64,000 bases of DNA from Octopus vulgaris (taxonomy: Eukaryota): positions 53,692,001 through 53,756,000 of the forward strand of contig OX597833.1 in NCBI GenBank assembly GCA_951406725.2, written 5' to 3'. Position 1 is the stretch's first letter; every line of letters starts with the position of its first letter. This document shows, one piece after another, positions 29,401 to 41,539 of the stretch. The translations under genes and the position numbers were made by a program. The notes beneath the pieces were generated by a model, which was given only the letters and a program-made list of their open reading frames with translations, was not told where the DNA came from and searched no databases.

Positions 29401-30223
29401 AAAACACTCGGCGAGAAACGGAAGAAAATTTGAAGAATGAAGGAAAAAACATAATAATAATAAAAACTATATAAGTGTGTAATCAATATGAATTTATAGC
29501 ACAGCTTAAATGAAAGAAAGAGAGAAGGGATGAGGGACAGAGAGGGAGAGAGGTAGGGGTGGGATGAATTTAGGAAATTCAAAATAAACTAATCAAAATT
29601 TTTGACTAGATTTTATCAGCACTTTTCAAAACATAACTCATACATAACAATGAATAGTGTATGGAATGTAGATTGACAGACCATGAGAGATCATGACAAA
29701 TCAGGGCAGATATCTGAAACTCTTGAGTTGTTAAAGAGCCTCAAGTATTTTACGAATTACTCTTCCTTAGACAAGGTTTTTTTGACAGAATGCACCAACT
29801 AAAAACATAAAAAGGAAAAAAAAAATTCTGGTTTATTAATTATTCTTTGTCAGTACACATTGGGCAGACCTTTGATCAAAGGCACTCCGGCCATAACCAA
29901 CCTGTTCCTCCCCACTCCACAGACAAATACTAACAAATTTTATTTATTTATTTTTCTGGAGCCCTCAAAACTCATAAGGCCATTTTCCCACTTTCCACGG
30001 TATGCGAGTAACTGAGAATCACAGCATTCTCCCTGAACAGGAAGGGGACAAGTCGATTACATTCACCTCAAAGCTTGCTTGGTAATCCATTTTATCGACC
30101 CTGAAGGGATGAAAGGCAAAGCCAACCTTGATAGGATTTGAACACAGAACATAAAGAGCTGGACGAAGTGCCACTAAGCATTTGACTGACAGGCTAACGA
30201 TTCTGTCAGCTCAATACCAAGAC

Positions 30224-30482
30224 CAGTGGTTTTCAAAGAGACTACATAAGCATAGGTCCAAGGGAAGAGGCCAGACTTCTCAGTGTGTGGTCTTCACTTC
30301 TTAAGGCAGCAAAGTGTGATTTCAGGAAGATTTGGTTTCTATTGTTAGAGATTCAAAAGTAATTTTTTAATTTCTCCTGTGCAGATATGTGTACATAAGA
30401 CTATTAAATTATTGCAGGGGTTCCTCGAGCCAGTGGAATGTTTCTTGGGGTTCCGCTCCAGCATAAAGTTTGAAAAGCACTG
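30224..30482. mobile_element. hAT-like MITE
   Basis: TIR CAGTGGTTTTCAAA / TTTGAAAAGCACTG; 8-bp flanks ACCAAGAC / ACCTAGAC. Confidence 0.65.
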
Positions 30483-30499
30483 ACCTAGACATAGTATAT

Positions 30500-31318
30500 G
30501 GTGGGGGATCAAACACAGACACACAAATACATACACAAACATATATATACAACAGGCTTCTTTCAGTTTCCTTCTATCAAATCCACTCACAAGGCTTTGG
30601 TCAGCCTGAGGCGATTTCAGGAAGATTTGGTTTCTATTGTTAGAGATTCAAAACACCATTTCTTTTATTTCTTTTACTTGTTTCAGTCATTTGACTGTGG
30701 CCACAAGGGACAATATCAGAGGGGACAAACAAGGACAGACAAACGGATTAAGTCGAGTATATATATCCCAGTGTGTAATTGGTACTTATTTAATCGACCC
30801 TGAAAGGATGAAAGGCAAAGTCGACCTCGGCGGAATTTGTACTCAGAACATAGCAGCAGATGAAATACCTATTTCTTTATTACCCACAAGGGGACAAACA
30901 AGGACAGACAAACGGATTAAGTCGATTATATCGACCCCAGTGCGTAACTGGTACTTATTTGGTCAGCCTGAGGCTATAGTAGAAGATACTTGCCCAAGGT
31001 TCCACACAGTGGGACTGAACCTGGAACCATGCAGTTGGGAAGCAAGCTTCTTATTTCTTTTACTGCCCACAAGGGGCTACACACAGAGGGGACAAACAAG
31101 GACAGACAAACGGATTTATGTTGATTATATCGACCCCAGTGCGTAACTGGTATTTATATAATCGACCCCAAAAGGATGAAAGGCGAAGTCGACCTTGGCG
31201 GAATTTGAACTCAAAACATAGCAGCAGATGAAATACCGCTAAGCATTTCGCCCAGCGTGCTAACATTTCTGGCAGCTCTTACCAGCTCTCACCTTCTTAC
31301 CACACAGCCACTCTTGCA
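30500..31318 (-). mobile_element. SINE-A interrupted twice: composite insert 30613-30957 and SINE-B at about 31051-31280
   Basis: TTTGGTCAGCCTGAGGC duplicated at 30596-30612 and 30958-30974; CTTCTTA duplicated around the second insert. Confidence 0.78.
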
Positions 31319-31707
31319 CTCCCTTATTGACCTGAACTGAAAAACATTTGTTTAGTCAGACAAAATGGTGATTTGATAGCAGCATAATAGACTGGCATAA
31401 ATAATAACTGATTGGACTTTTTCATGGCTGTGTATTCTGAATACGAAATTCTATGAAATAGATTTTGACTTTTGATTCCTGTGAAGAAAATAAATACCAG
31501 CGTCAGACAGAGAGGAGAAGCTAACAAGATACATTGAGCTTATCAAGCCGAGTAGCAATTAATTGATTGTTTAGCTGCGTTGGAGTCCTGTATAAACGAT
31601 AGCTAACCAAGCCTGGATTATGTTACTACGTTTCACATGGTAGTACCACGAGGGATTTTCTAGGCAGTGGCTTTACCCTATCATCTAAAAGAAAAGGTGG
31701 AGAGACA

Positions 31708-32099
31708 TCTTTATATATAAAAGAGAAGTTGTGAGTCTGTCTGTCTCCTACGATTTAGATTCCTAACTACTCCCACATTTTGCGGTGCAGTTTAACCAAA
31801 ACCGGGTATCTTATAGTCGTGATTCATATCGAGCCCTTCTGGGTATTAGCGCGCGTCTACGATGAGTCTATGATTTAAAAAAAAATTTACCATCATTTTT
31901 TTCCATTTTAATGCATTTTTTTTCGCTATTATATAAGGGAAGTAACTCTCTAAAAATGTCTACGATGAGTCAACGATTTAAAAAAAAATTTACCATCATT
32001 TTAATGCATTTTTTTGCTATTTTTTGGCTATAACTCTCTAAAAATGCTTATATAGTTATTTCCCTTACAAACCCGAGCAACGCCGGGCGATACTGCTAG
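31708..32099 (+). mobile_element. Non-autonomous Helitron, second subfamily
   Basis: A|TC start, CCCGAGCAACGCCGGG hairpin, CTAG|T end; 3' part shared with the 21175 and 34526 copies, 5' part different. Confidence 0.87.
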
Positions 32100-32217
32100 T
32101 CTTAGATAATGTAATTAACTGCTTGAGGATAAAATGAAAATAGAAAGCCAGACTGATCACTGTGGTAATGTTTTTTTTTTATACCCTTAAGTTTAGCCCC
32201 AAGTTAGTTGGCTCATA

Positions 32218-32500
32218 AGTTAAAGTTTGTTCTTTCTCGAGCCATTTCTGGCTCATAAGGGCCGGTTTCTCGGTTTCCATGGTGTATAGATTCTCCACCT
32301 GGACGGGACGCCGGTCCGTCGCAGGTGAGCTGCAAGATCCAGGAGGAAAGAGTGAGAGAAAGTAGTAGCGAAGGAGTCAGCAGAAGTTCGCCATAACCTT
32401 TTGCCGGAGCCGCGTGGAGCTTAGGTGTTTCTGAGATTAGAAACCGCGATCCCCCGACCGCGAATCCGCTGCTCTAACCACTAGGCCATGTGCCTCCACA
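32218..32500 (-). mobile_element. SINE-D2 (tRNA-derived) with 13-bp TSD
   Basis: TSD TAGTTGGCTCATA at 32205-17 and 32501-13; homologous to 51198-51663. Confidence 0.88.
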
Positions 32501-33169
32501 TAGTTGGCTCATAGCTAACCTGGGGCTAAACATCAACCCATAAAGAAGAAAAAAGGGAAAATGAGCCACTCCCCTCTCTAAAAAAAGACCCAACTTAAGT
32601 CGCCTGCATAAGAATTAGAATTATTGAGTGAAATGTTTTAGGGGTGACATTAAGGAGTACATGTTAAAGTACTTTTGGTTTGTTAGACATCAATAATGAT
32701 GAGCCAATAAAGGATCTGTTATACAGTTGCTAGAAATAGCAGTGAAAACTCTCTTAAAAAAGATAGGAATATCAATACTAGATAACTGTTGATCAGATAT
32801 TCTCTTGATTAGGGTTGACCCGAGAATAAACGATACCACCAACTTCAATATTGATAATGGTAGGAATTGAACACAGACAAGTGAGGCCCTGAAATAGAAA
32901 CTATTGGGCAATCTAGCCTGGTGGTCCATTGTTTACATCAGTTCACAAGCATGGTTATTTATACTCTCTAGATCACAAGGTCAGAAGAAGTTGACTAAAT
33001 CTACTCCAATGAGTCAACAAGGAAGACATTACGTATTCAATCAATCTGGAAAAATTAGGAGTCAAATCTCCCTCAAATTACACCCTACAGTTTTGAAAAA
33101 GAGGAGGCACATTGGATAATGAAGTCAATACTCATTGGATCCTTATAAACTAAGTACACAACCCTATTT

Positions 33170-33593
33170 GGATCTTTTCGGTTTGAACGGCAGATTTTTC
33201 TAGTGATGTCATATGAAATTGTCACCCATAATTATGACCCTAGTATCGATCTATTGCATTTCAATCTGTTTTAAGGTTAGGGTTAGGGGTTGGGGGGAAG
33301 GGTATCTTTTTTTCTTCACAAATGTAAATAAACCCAATCTGTTTCTTAAACGAGGGACATATTCATATGGCACAGAATGTGTTTTTTTATACCTCAATTG
33401 ACATCAGAGATTGGTTGAAATTGCAGAAATTGAAGAAAAAAAAACAACAAATATCTTACAAACTATAGAATTTTCTCAATAAAGCCAAGAGAAAAAGATG
33501 TTTTATAAACACATTCTACCAGTATACGAAGTTTAAAAGTGTTTAGTTACCGAGAAATTATGTTAAAAACTGCCATTCAAACTGAAAAGATCC
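33170..33593. mobile_element. MITE with GG-starting 24-bp TIRs and 8-bp TSD (Merlin-like)
   Basis: GGATCTTTTCGGTTTGAACGGCAG / CTGCCATTCAAACTGAAAAGATCC; TSD CCCTATTT at 33162-69 and 33594-601. Confidence 0.85.
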
Positions 33594-34036
33594 CCCTATT
33601 TTGCTTTCACTTGAATAAGCTGTGCTCCTAATGCTTTTGGGAAAAGTATGACTGTCTCTCTAATTCTTTCTTGATGCCATAAATTGTAGAGAAAAAGAAT
33701 TTGCCAAAACTGTGGAAGAAACTTGAAACCAAAGTTTTTAGAAACATGACAATGCTAATAAATAAATAAAGCCCACACTATATGGCATTACTTGATCTGC
33801 AAGAAATAGCACCCAAATCTTCCTCAAACCAAACACCATCTTAAAAACTGAGGAGACGTTGGATAATGCTGTTGTTTTTCTGAGGTTTATCCAACCAAGT
33901 CTGACTTGGAGCTAAACAACATCCAGGAAACGGCAATGATCAATGCAGAGAAGATGGAGATTGACCATTAAGGTTTTGTATTTAATCAGTTTTCATGTTG
34001 ACACTCATTGATGCTACATTGTAGAGGCCAGGGAAC

Positions 34037-34246
34037 AGAAGGAGGAGGAGAAGAAGAAGAAGAAGAAGAAGAAGAAAGAAGAAGAAAGAAGGAGGAGAAG
34101 AAGAAGAAGAAGAAGAAGAAGAAGAAGAAGAAGAAGAAGAAGAAGAAGGAAAAGAAGAAAGGAGAAGAAGAAGAAGAAGAAGGAGAAGTAGAAGGAGAAG
34201 AAGAAGAAGAAGAAGAAGAAGAAGAAGAAGAAGAAGAAGAAGAAGA
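34037..34246. repeat. (GAA)n microsatellite
   Basis: Directly visible. Confidence 0.96.
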
Positions 34247-34525
34247 CATGCACCTAACACCAGAGCTGAAGACACCTCCAAAAGTAGGGGCCCTGCCACG
34301 TCAAAACAGTAGAGGAGTAGGGGCTGAAACCGGTCATGGTTCCTCCTGATGATGTCTTGAGCTAACTGGATCCTATAAAGGAGCTGTTGTGGTAGCAGAC
34401 CACGAAACACGATCGAAATTCCTCAGGTAATTAATTTTTAATTTTTGCTTTTGAAAATTTGCGTTTGGATATTTTAGGTGCTAGACTTTTAACAAATTTG
34501 GTTGCCTTGTTCTTACTGGCAATCA

Positions 34526-34888
34526 TCTCTCTCTATATAAACGGCAGTTTGTCTGTTTGGTTGTACCCTCACCCTGACCACGGCTTTCAACCGATTCTGA
34601 TGAAACTTGACAAACACATAGCCCAATGTCATAATTCAAAACTAATGCAGCGAAAATTTTGTAAAGTTCCCCCAGTTCTGAAAAAGATCGATAAGTTCCA
34701 CATGGGGTCGACAATCAGAAACACAAACCACAGATGGTCTAGGGGACGCAACTCGACCTTTTTAACTCTCAAAAAAATTTACCATCATTTTAAAAATATT
34801 TTTTTGCTATTTTTTGGCTATAACTCTCTAAAAATGCTTTATAGTTATTTCCCTTACAAACCTGAGCAACGCCGGGTGATACTGCTAG
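34526..34888 (+). mobile_element. Non-autonomous Helitron
   Basis: A|TC...hairpin...CTAG|T; same family as 21175-21549. Confidence 0.88.
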
Positions 34889-35049
34889 TTCTATTCTAAA
34901 AGGCAGGCACGGTATTTCTTATTATCATCAGTCAAGTAAAGTAAGGTTGTCTGGTCTAAAAGTGCAACACAAGTGAATGAATACAACAAACTCTCGATAA
35001 ATGATCTGGCAGAGAATAACCGAGTGCTACGAACAACCTCCAGCTTACT

Positions 35050-35625
35050 CTTACTCCTACTCCTTTACTTGTTTCAGTCATTTGACTGTGGCCATGCTGG
35101 AGCACCGCCTTTAATCGAGCAACTCGACCCCGGGACTTATTCTTTTTTTGTAAGCCCAGTACTTATTCTATCGGTCCCTTTTGCCAAACCGCTAAGTTAC
35201 GGGGACGTAAACACACCAGCATCGGTTGTCAAGCAATGCTAGGGGGACAAACACGGACACACAAACGCATATGTATATACATATATACGACGGGCTTCTT
35301 TTCAGTTTCCGTCTACCAAATCCATTCACAAGGCTATAGTAGAAGACACTTGCCCAAGGTGCCACGCAGTCGGACTGAACCCGGAACCATGTGGTTGGTA
35401 AACAAGCTACTTACCACACAGGCACTCTTATGCCTATATATATATATATATATACATATATACGACGGGCTTCTTTCAGTTTCCGTCTACCAAATCCACT
35501 CACAAGGCTTTGGTCGGCCCGAGGCTATAGCAGAAGACACTTGCCCAAGGTGCCACGCAGTGGGACTGAACCCGGAACCATGTGGTTGGTAAACAAGCTA
35601 CTTACCACACAGCCACTCCTGCGCC
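35050..35625 (-). mobile_element. SINE-A with duplicated 5' half
   Basis: Head and body occur twice (about 35283-35435 and 35461-35625), joined through TA microsatellite. Confidence 0.88.
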
Positions 35626-36555
35626 TTACTGTGCTAGAATGAAAAAAAAGTTTACAGCACAAAACCAGAATTGATTAGCGAAATTTGACAACCCTGTCAT
35701 AAAGCTGAGTTGCACAAATATATAAATATATATATATCAATAAGAATCAATATATGTGTGCATGCATGTATGTACATGCACGTGTGTGTGTGTCTGTGTG
35801 TCCCCGTGGAGGTTTACTGATAGTTTTCACTCAATGTTGTCATTTTAAATATCAATGTATTTACCCTGTCACACATCATTTGCCGATTACTAATCATAAA
35901 CCGTATCGGCAAGCCGTAACGATTAAGAGAAAATTAATGTTCGTTCGATTGCAGTGTTGTGTGCATCTGCTTGCTTGACAGTCAGACAAATAAGCTGGTA
36001 TTGGATTAAGAGCTTAGCCCACATTGATGTGACCTAGAAAGAAACAAAAAAGGCAGGAATGCTAAAAACTCTAGCAGGTTATTTAAAGAAAAATGTCAGT
36101 AGCTGTCATTGAATATCTGATTTAGATGGTTTCACTAAATATAGCTACGTTTCATGGGGAATCTGGCCCCAGCAACAGATGCGACCATTATGTTTAGTGC
36201 AGTTGCCCTGATCAGAATAATCTAGTTGCTAAGGAACGCAATTGATACTTCAGTTCGTCAGCGTTTTCGTTTCTTGTGTCATTAACCCTTGGATTAGCAC
36301 CGGTTTAACATTTTGTGAATTTCAGAAATTATTCTCATCATGGCAAAGTGCTGCTGTATTTTTCTGTGCTTTTCCATAAATGAGATGCAGACATGGCTGT
36401 GTGGTTCAGAAGTTTGCTTCCCAACTCCATGGTTTCAGGTTCAGTCCCACTTTATGATATCTTGGGCAAGTGTCTTCTATTATAGTCCCAAGCCAATTAA
36501 TATCTTGTGAGTGGATTTGGTAGATGGAAACTGAAAGAAGCCCACTGTTTATAAA

Positions 36556-36586
<31 letters not shown>

Positions 36587-36589
36587 TTT

Positions 36590-36867
36590 TTGTTTGGCAT
36601 CCTTTCTGTCTCGGGAGACAATGGAGTTGCGCATTTTTTAAAATTTAAAAAAAAAAATTTTTTTTTTAGGTCTAGTCCGGCTGTTATATTTTATTTCCTG
36701 TTACATTTGTTGCTGTGGCTGTGTAGTCCTATCCTGGACAAACACTCCCTCTGGCAGGTACTGCAAATGTAGCGAAGACTGTTCCTGGCTGGTTGTAGTG
36801 CCATGGTCTCTTGTTTATGTCTCTTCCTTTCTTTCCATTTCTCCTCTCTCTTTCTGTCACTCCTCTG
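36590..36867 (-). pseudogene. 5'-truncated RTE (BovB-type) LINE: ORF C-terminus and 3' UTR
   Basis: Minus frame 36867-36691 reads QRSDRKREEKWKERKRHKQETMALQPARNSLRYICSTCQRECLSRIGLHSHSNKCNRK*, the RTE terminal CxxC...SRIGLxSH motif; 3' hairpin TGTCTC-CC-GAGACA then A-rich tail. Confidence 0.8.
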
Positions 36868-36888
36868 TTAGTAGTAATTTAGCTGGCG

Positions 36889-36951
36889 GACTCTGGCTGA
36901 TGAGAAATCAGGCGTCTATTTGGCGCTAAATTTCGAAACCGGTACCAGGTC
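36889..36951 (+). ncRNA. Minimal type-I hammerhead ribozyme motif, core intact
   Basis: Stem I GAC(T)CTGG/CCAGGTC; CTGATGA 36897-903; stem II GAAAT/ATTTC with inner GGCGTC/GGCGCT; GAAA 36935-38; palindromic ACCGGT stem III; GUA cleavage triplet ending at 36944. Confidence 0.8.
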
Positions 36952-37372
36952 AACCAGCATTTACTTGTTCTGACCCATTTGAGGTAAGACATTATTATTG
37001 TTCACTGATATTTTTTCCTATCTTGTCTGTAATAGATTTGTGACTATTCGGTGGTACAGAAGTATTTTTTGACTTCTATCATTAGCGATATAGGTACTCA
37101 TGTACCTTATGTATATATGTACATGTCTAATATCGTATGTATATATTTTATTAATTTGCCTGTACGGCTGATAATTCACTTACCACTTGTGATGGTATTT
37201 TAATAATACCATCCCTATTTTTATATATATATATATATATATAATAGAAATATTAATAATGGACACAGTTTGTGTGTCAAATAGCTAGCTTAAGGTGATG
37301 GCCTCATGGAGCTAATCAGCGACAGCTTTAGTCTTACATCTATAAGACTGCCATATTAATATGGCAATAACA

Positions 37373-37423
<51 letters not shown>

Positions 37424-37934
37424 GTATGTTAGGGTCTCCTTGTCATGACATACAGATTGACTACTCTCTCTCTCTCTCTGCCTCACCCCTTTGAACTGAC
37501 AGATTACCACTAACCACTTTGCTTCTGTACCCCACCACTGTATTCAGCATCTTTTTTTCAAACGCCATACCAAACAATATATATATCTTCTTATTTTAGT
37601 TAATACCTATTGATAATGGCATGAACACCACACAAATTTCATTTCCCAGCCTATAAATAAATCTACAGCTATGTACTTAAGTGAAAAAAAAAAGAAAGAA
37701 AACAAAACAAAAACAAAAAATAAAGCACCACCTTCATTTTATTACTATTTATCATCACTCCAGTTTCATTCAATTCTACCCCTGTCCTGTCCTGTCAATC
37801 TAACAATTTATCAATATTCCAAAGAATAAACCATCTAATCTGTTTATCGGTTAGCTACAGTCTCAAGAAATCTTTCCAGCATAATTATCGTTAAAGCAGG
37901 CCAAAGATATAGGAAAGATTAAAAAAAAATAAAC

Positions 37935-38239
37935 ATATGGGCTTCCGAGGCCCACAGCTCTTCAATATCCTCCCGAAGAACCTGAGAGACCTGCATGGGG
38001 TGGATGCAGATGTCTTTAAAATGAAGCTGGATCTCTTCCTGTCTGGTGTCCCAGATGAACCAACTTCACGGCAGGAGGGGCAGATGAGGGCAGCTGCATC
38101 GAACTCTCTCATGCACCAAATAGCAGTTGCTAGAAAGCCCCCATGAAGTAAAACCAAGTAGCAACACCAAATGGCGGTGCCCCAGCATGGCCACAGCTCA
38201 TAGGCTGGAACTGGAATCAATCAATCAATCAATCAATCA
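37935..38239 (+). pseudogene. 5'-truncated CR1/L2-group LINE: ORF2 C-terminus, 3' UTR and (ATCA)n tail
   Basis: GPQLFNILPKNLRDL...FKMKLDLFLSGVPDEP...RAAASNSL resembles the post-RT C-terminus of these LINEs; short-repeat tail follows. Confidence 0.75.
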
Positions 38240-38264
38240 TATTTATATATATATATATAAAAAT

Positions 38265-38574
38265 ATGGTATGTAAAAAGCACCATCCAAACGTGGCCGAT
38301 GCCAGCGCCACCTTGACTGGCTTCCATGTCGGTGGCATATAAAAAGCACCAACCGATCGTGGCCGTTGCCAGCCTTCCCTGGCACTTGTGCCGGTGGCAT
38401 GTAAAAAGCACCCACTACACTCACAGAGTGGTTGGCGTTAGGAAGGGCATCCAACTATAGAAACACAGCCAGATCAGACTGGAGCCTGGAGCAGCCTCCT
38501 GACTTCCCAGACCCTGGTCGAACTGTCAAACCCATGCTAGCATGGAAAACGGACGTTAAACGATGATGATGATG

Positions 38575-38575
<1 letters not shown>
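38265..38575 (+). mobile_element. SINE-C
   Basis: Ends GGACGTTAAACGATGATGATGATG. Confidence 0.87.
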
Positions 38576-38605
<30 letters not shown>

Positions 38606-38702
38606 ATCCAAACGTGAAAACACAAAGAGAAATCACAACAACGCGAGGACGTGGAACAAATATAGTATTATTGGATGCTCAGGAAGGAAGGGAAGAAGGA
38701 GG

Positions 38703-38737
38703 GTTTAACGTTTCGAGCAGAGCTCTTTGTCAGAAAC
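38703..38737 (-). ncRNA. Degenerate minimal hammerhead motif in an element of about 215 bp between (TA)n tracts (38600-38815)
   Basis: Minus strand GTTT-CTGACAA-A-GAGC TCT GCTC-GAAA-CGTT-AAAC; G8 position reads A. Confidence 0.55.
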
Positions 38738-39105
38738 ATAGGAAAAGGAAAGATCCAGAGAAGGGAAGACGGAGGAAAAAAATCGCCAACGGTACACATA
38801 CGGTCACATTTTGAATATATATATATATATATTATACACATACAGTATATATAGATAAAGTCCGTGCGTGTAAAGATCTTGTTGAAGTTTGGTGACAGCT
38901 AGAGAGATGTCGTGACTTACAAGATGGAAAATAGAGAAATGAATAAAAATAAAATGACAAAAATAAAACTTGAAAAGATTTTGTCGAGTACAAAGTGTGC
39001 ATAAATTGTATCAATAGTCAACAATATAATAATCAATTGGCTACGTAGGAAAGGTGCAGCTAGTATGCTTCTCTACAGCCTTAATGAGTTGACATACCTG
39101 TGGTT

Positions 39106-39136
<31 letters not shown>

Positions 39137-39317
39137 AGTCCAAAGGGTGAGAAGAGAAGAAATGAGGATAGACATAAGAAAATGAAGAGATTCACAGATA
39201 AAAATGTAGCAAGCATGAAACATATACACAAAAAAAATGAGGAAGAAAAAGAAAAAAAAGTACACCACATTTTTCCTTTCAACAAGAAAAACAGGCATTT
39301 CGAACCATCGGGAGAAC

Positions 39318-39360
39318 AAGTAGATTTGGTAAACAGAAACTGAAAGAAGCCCATTGTGTG

Positions 39361-39421
<61 letters not shown>

Positions 39422-39422
39422 T

Positions 39423-39508
<86 letters not shown>

Positions 39509-39692
39509 TGTATTTATGTTTGTCCCCCACCATCACTTGGCAACCGATGCTGATGTGTTTATGTCCCTTTGGCAAAAGTGACCGATGGAGTAAGCAGTAG
39601 GCTTACAAAGAATAAGTGCTAGGGTTAGTTTGTTTGACTAAAGGCAGTGCTCCAGCATGGCTCCAGTCAAATGACTGAAACAAACAAAAGAA
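39318..39692 (+). mobile_element. SINE-A 3' two-thirds with expanded internal (TA)(TG) tract
   Basis: Body and tail match the consensus. Confidence 0.8.
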
Positions 39693-40505
39693 TATCTATC
39701 TATCTATCCATCTATATATATATATATATAGAAACGTAGAGTAGATGAAACCATGGCGACTGAAGAAGGGTTTTTTCCTTGTGTTATTTGTCCTGTACTC
39801 TATTTTTTTGTTGTTTAAGAAAAATGTCCAGTTCCTTGGGTTTGTGTATATGTTTTCGTTTCTCATTGTGTTCAACGTTTTTTTGGTGTCCTGTACTCAT
39901 ATATGCGTGTATATATACATGTAGAGGTAGGTACGTACATATATGTATATATATATGCATATGTTTTATTTATCAATATATTATATATATATATATATAT
40001 TATGCCCGAATAAATAGGTCAGTGATGGCTGGATTACTTTTAAGATCAGAGCTGACCTTGGGTTTAACAAACAACAATAGAATCTGGCTATGTGGATATC
40101 ATCTTTTACCCTGTTAAGAGGAGGAATGTTGATAAACAACAACCAATACAAACTGTGACATATCCCATTCCTAATATATTCTTCTCTTATAAAAGAAGGA
40201 AAAAAAAAAGACACATTGTGGTTGGGAAAAAAGCAATCAATAATTTAAACTTACTTCAAGGCAATATATCAATAATATACTTTCATTTTCTAGTTTTGCT
40301 ACTTATTGACTTGGAGCTTAATCAGGTAAAAACGCAACAGGGCGTGGTAAGTTGTAGTATACAACTACTTCGGCGTGTATGGAATAAAACTTTGCAGTGA
40401 AATACGATTTAAATCACCTTAGCAACAACAACCAGATAAACATGCCAAAAGGCTAAGGTATTAGAAAATAATAAACAATTCTGTCAGAAATGTTCTTTCT
40501 TCTAA

Positions 40506-40544
<39 letters not shown>

Positions 40545-40809
40545 CATCTTGCATGTAACAGGTTCTCTTTTACACAGAGATTCTCAGCTATAACGGAAAG
40601 GTTGATACATATTACTAGAATGGAACATTAAGACAACCAAAACAGTGGTTACGAGCCACCGAAGGAACCTATACAGCAGCAGTCTGTAATCTTTTATGCA
40701 CCATAGACTGGTTTCATGCAAGACAAAATTTTTTGACAGATTGGCGAAGATCAGGTACATAACTAAACACAAAGTGCATACATATATAATTTAATCATTA
40801 CATATGTAA

Positions 40810-40870
<61 letters not shown>

Positions 40871-41080
40871 AAATATTAGGGAATAAATCCAAACTTACAG
40901 GGAAAAATCAGATTTAGGATTGAATCTAATTTTATAGTAAAATATTATATTATATTAAATTAGAGATAAAACCACTATTAGGCAAATCATACAATGGAAA
41001 ACTTAAGCCAATACATAAGATTAATTAATTTATATTATTTTAAATATATCAAAATTATTAAAAAAAGATAATGAGTATAA

Positions 41081-41143
41081 CACTACGATCGTTTCATGGC
41101 TGTCCAATTCGTAATAATTCGAGTTACAGTCAATCTTCAGGTG
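41081..41143 (-). ncRNA. Minimal type-I hammerhead ribozyme motif
   Basis: Minus strand CAC-CTGAAGA-TTGACTGT...ACAGCCAT-GAAA-C GATC G-TA-GTG; palindromic stem III, GUA triplet. Confidence 0.72.
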
Positions 41144-41410
41144 ATTGAAATATTTATCTTAGCGAGGTTTAATATATATATATATATATATAATTTAAAA
41201 TTTAATAAGGGTAGAAATTGATATTAATCAATTAAAACCAGTAGCCCAGCATATTAAAAAAATCCGAAGATTAAAATATTTTTACATACAAAATTTAAAG
41301 GACTGACCACTAAAAGTGGACGGTCAACATGCTAGATATAGACGTCAAATCTCTATTTTCCACAAAGAATATGTTCTCAAATAAAAACTCAGCACAGACC
41401 AAAGGATTAG

Positions 41411-41539
41411 AAATAAGAAAGACAAATGAAAATATACGAAATAAAAACGATTACCCATGTACCGATCAGTTTCGATTGTTGATATCCGCAAGGTACATGG
41501 GTAATCATTTTTATTTCGTATATTTTCATTTGTCTTGCT

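Noticed and set aside
36143-36183. Minus-strand hammerhead-like CTGTTGC-TGGGG/CCCCA-TGAAACGTA
   Set aside because: Two core substitutions and no stem I; too degenerate to call
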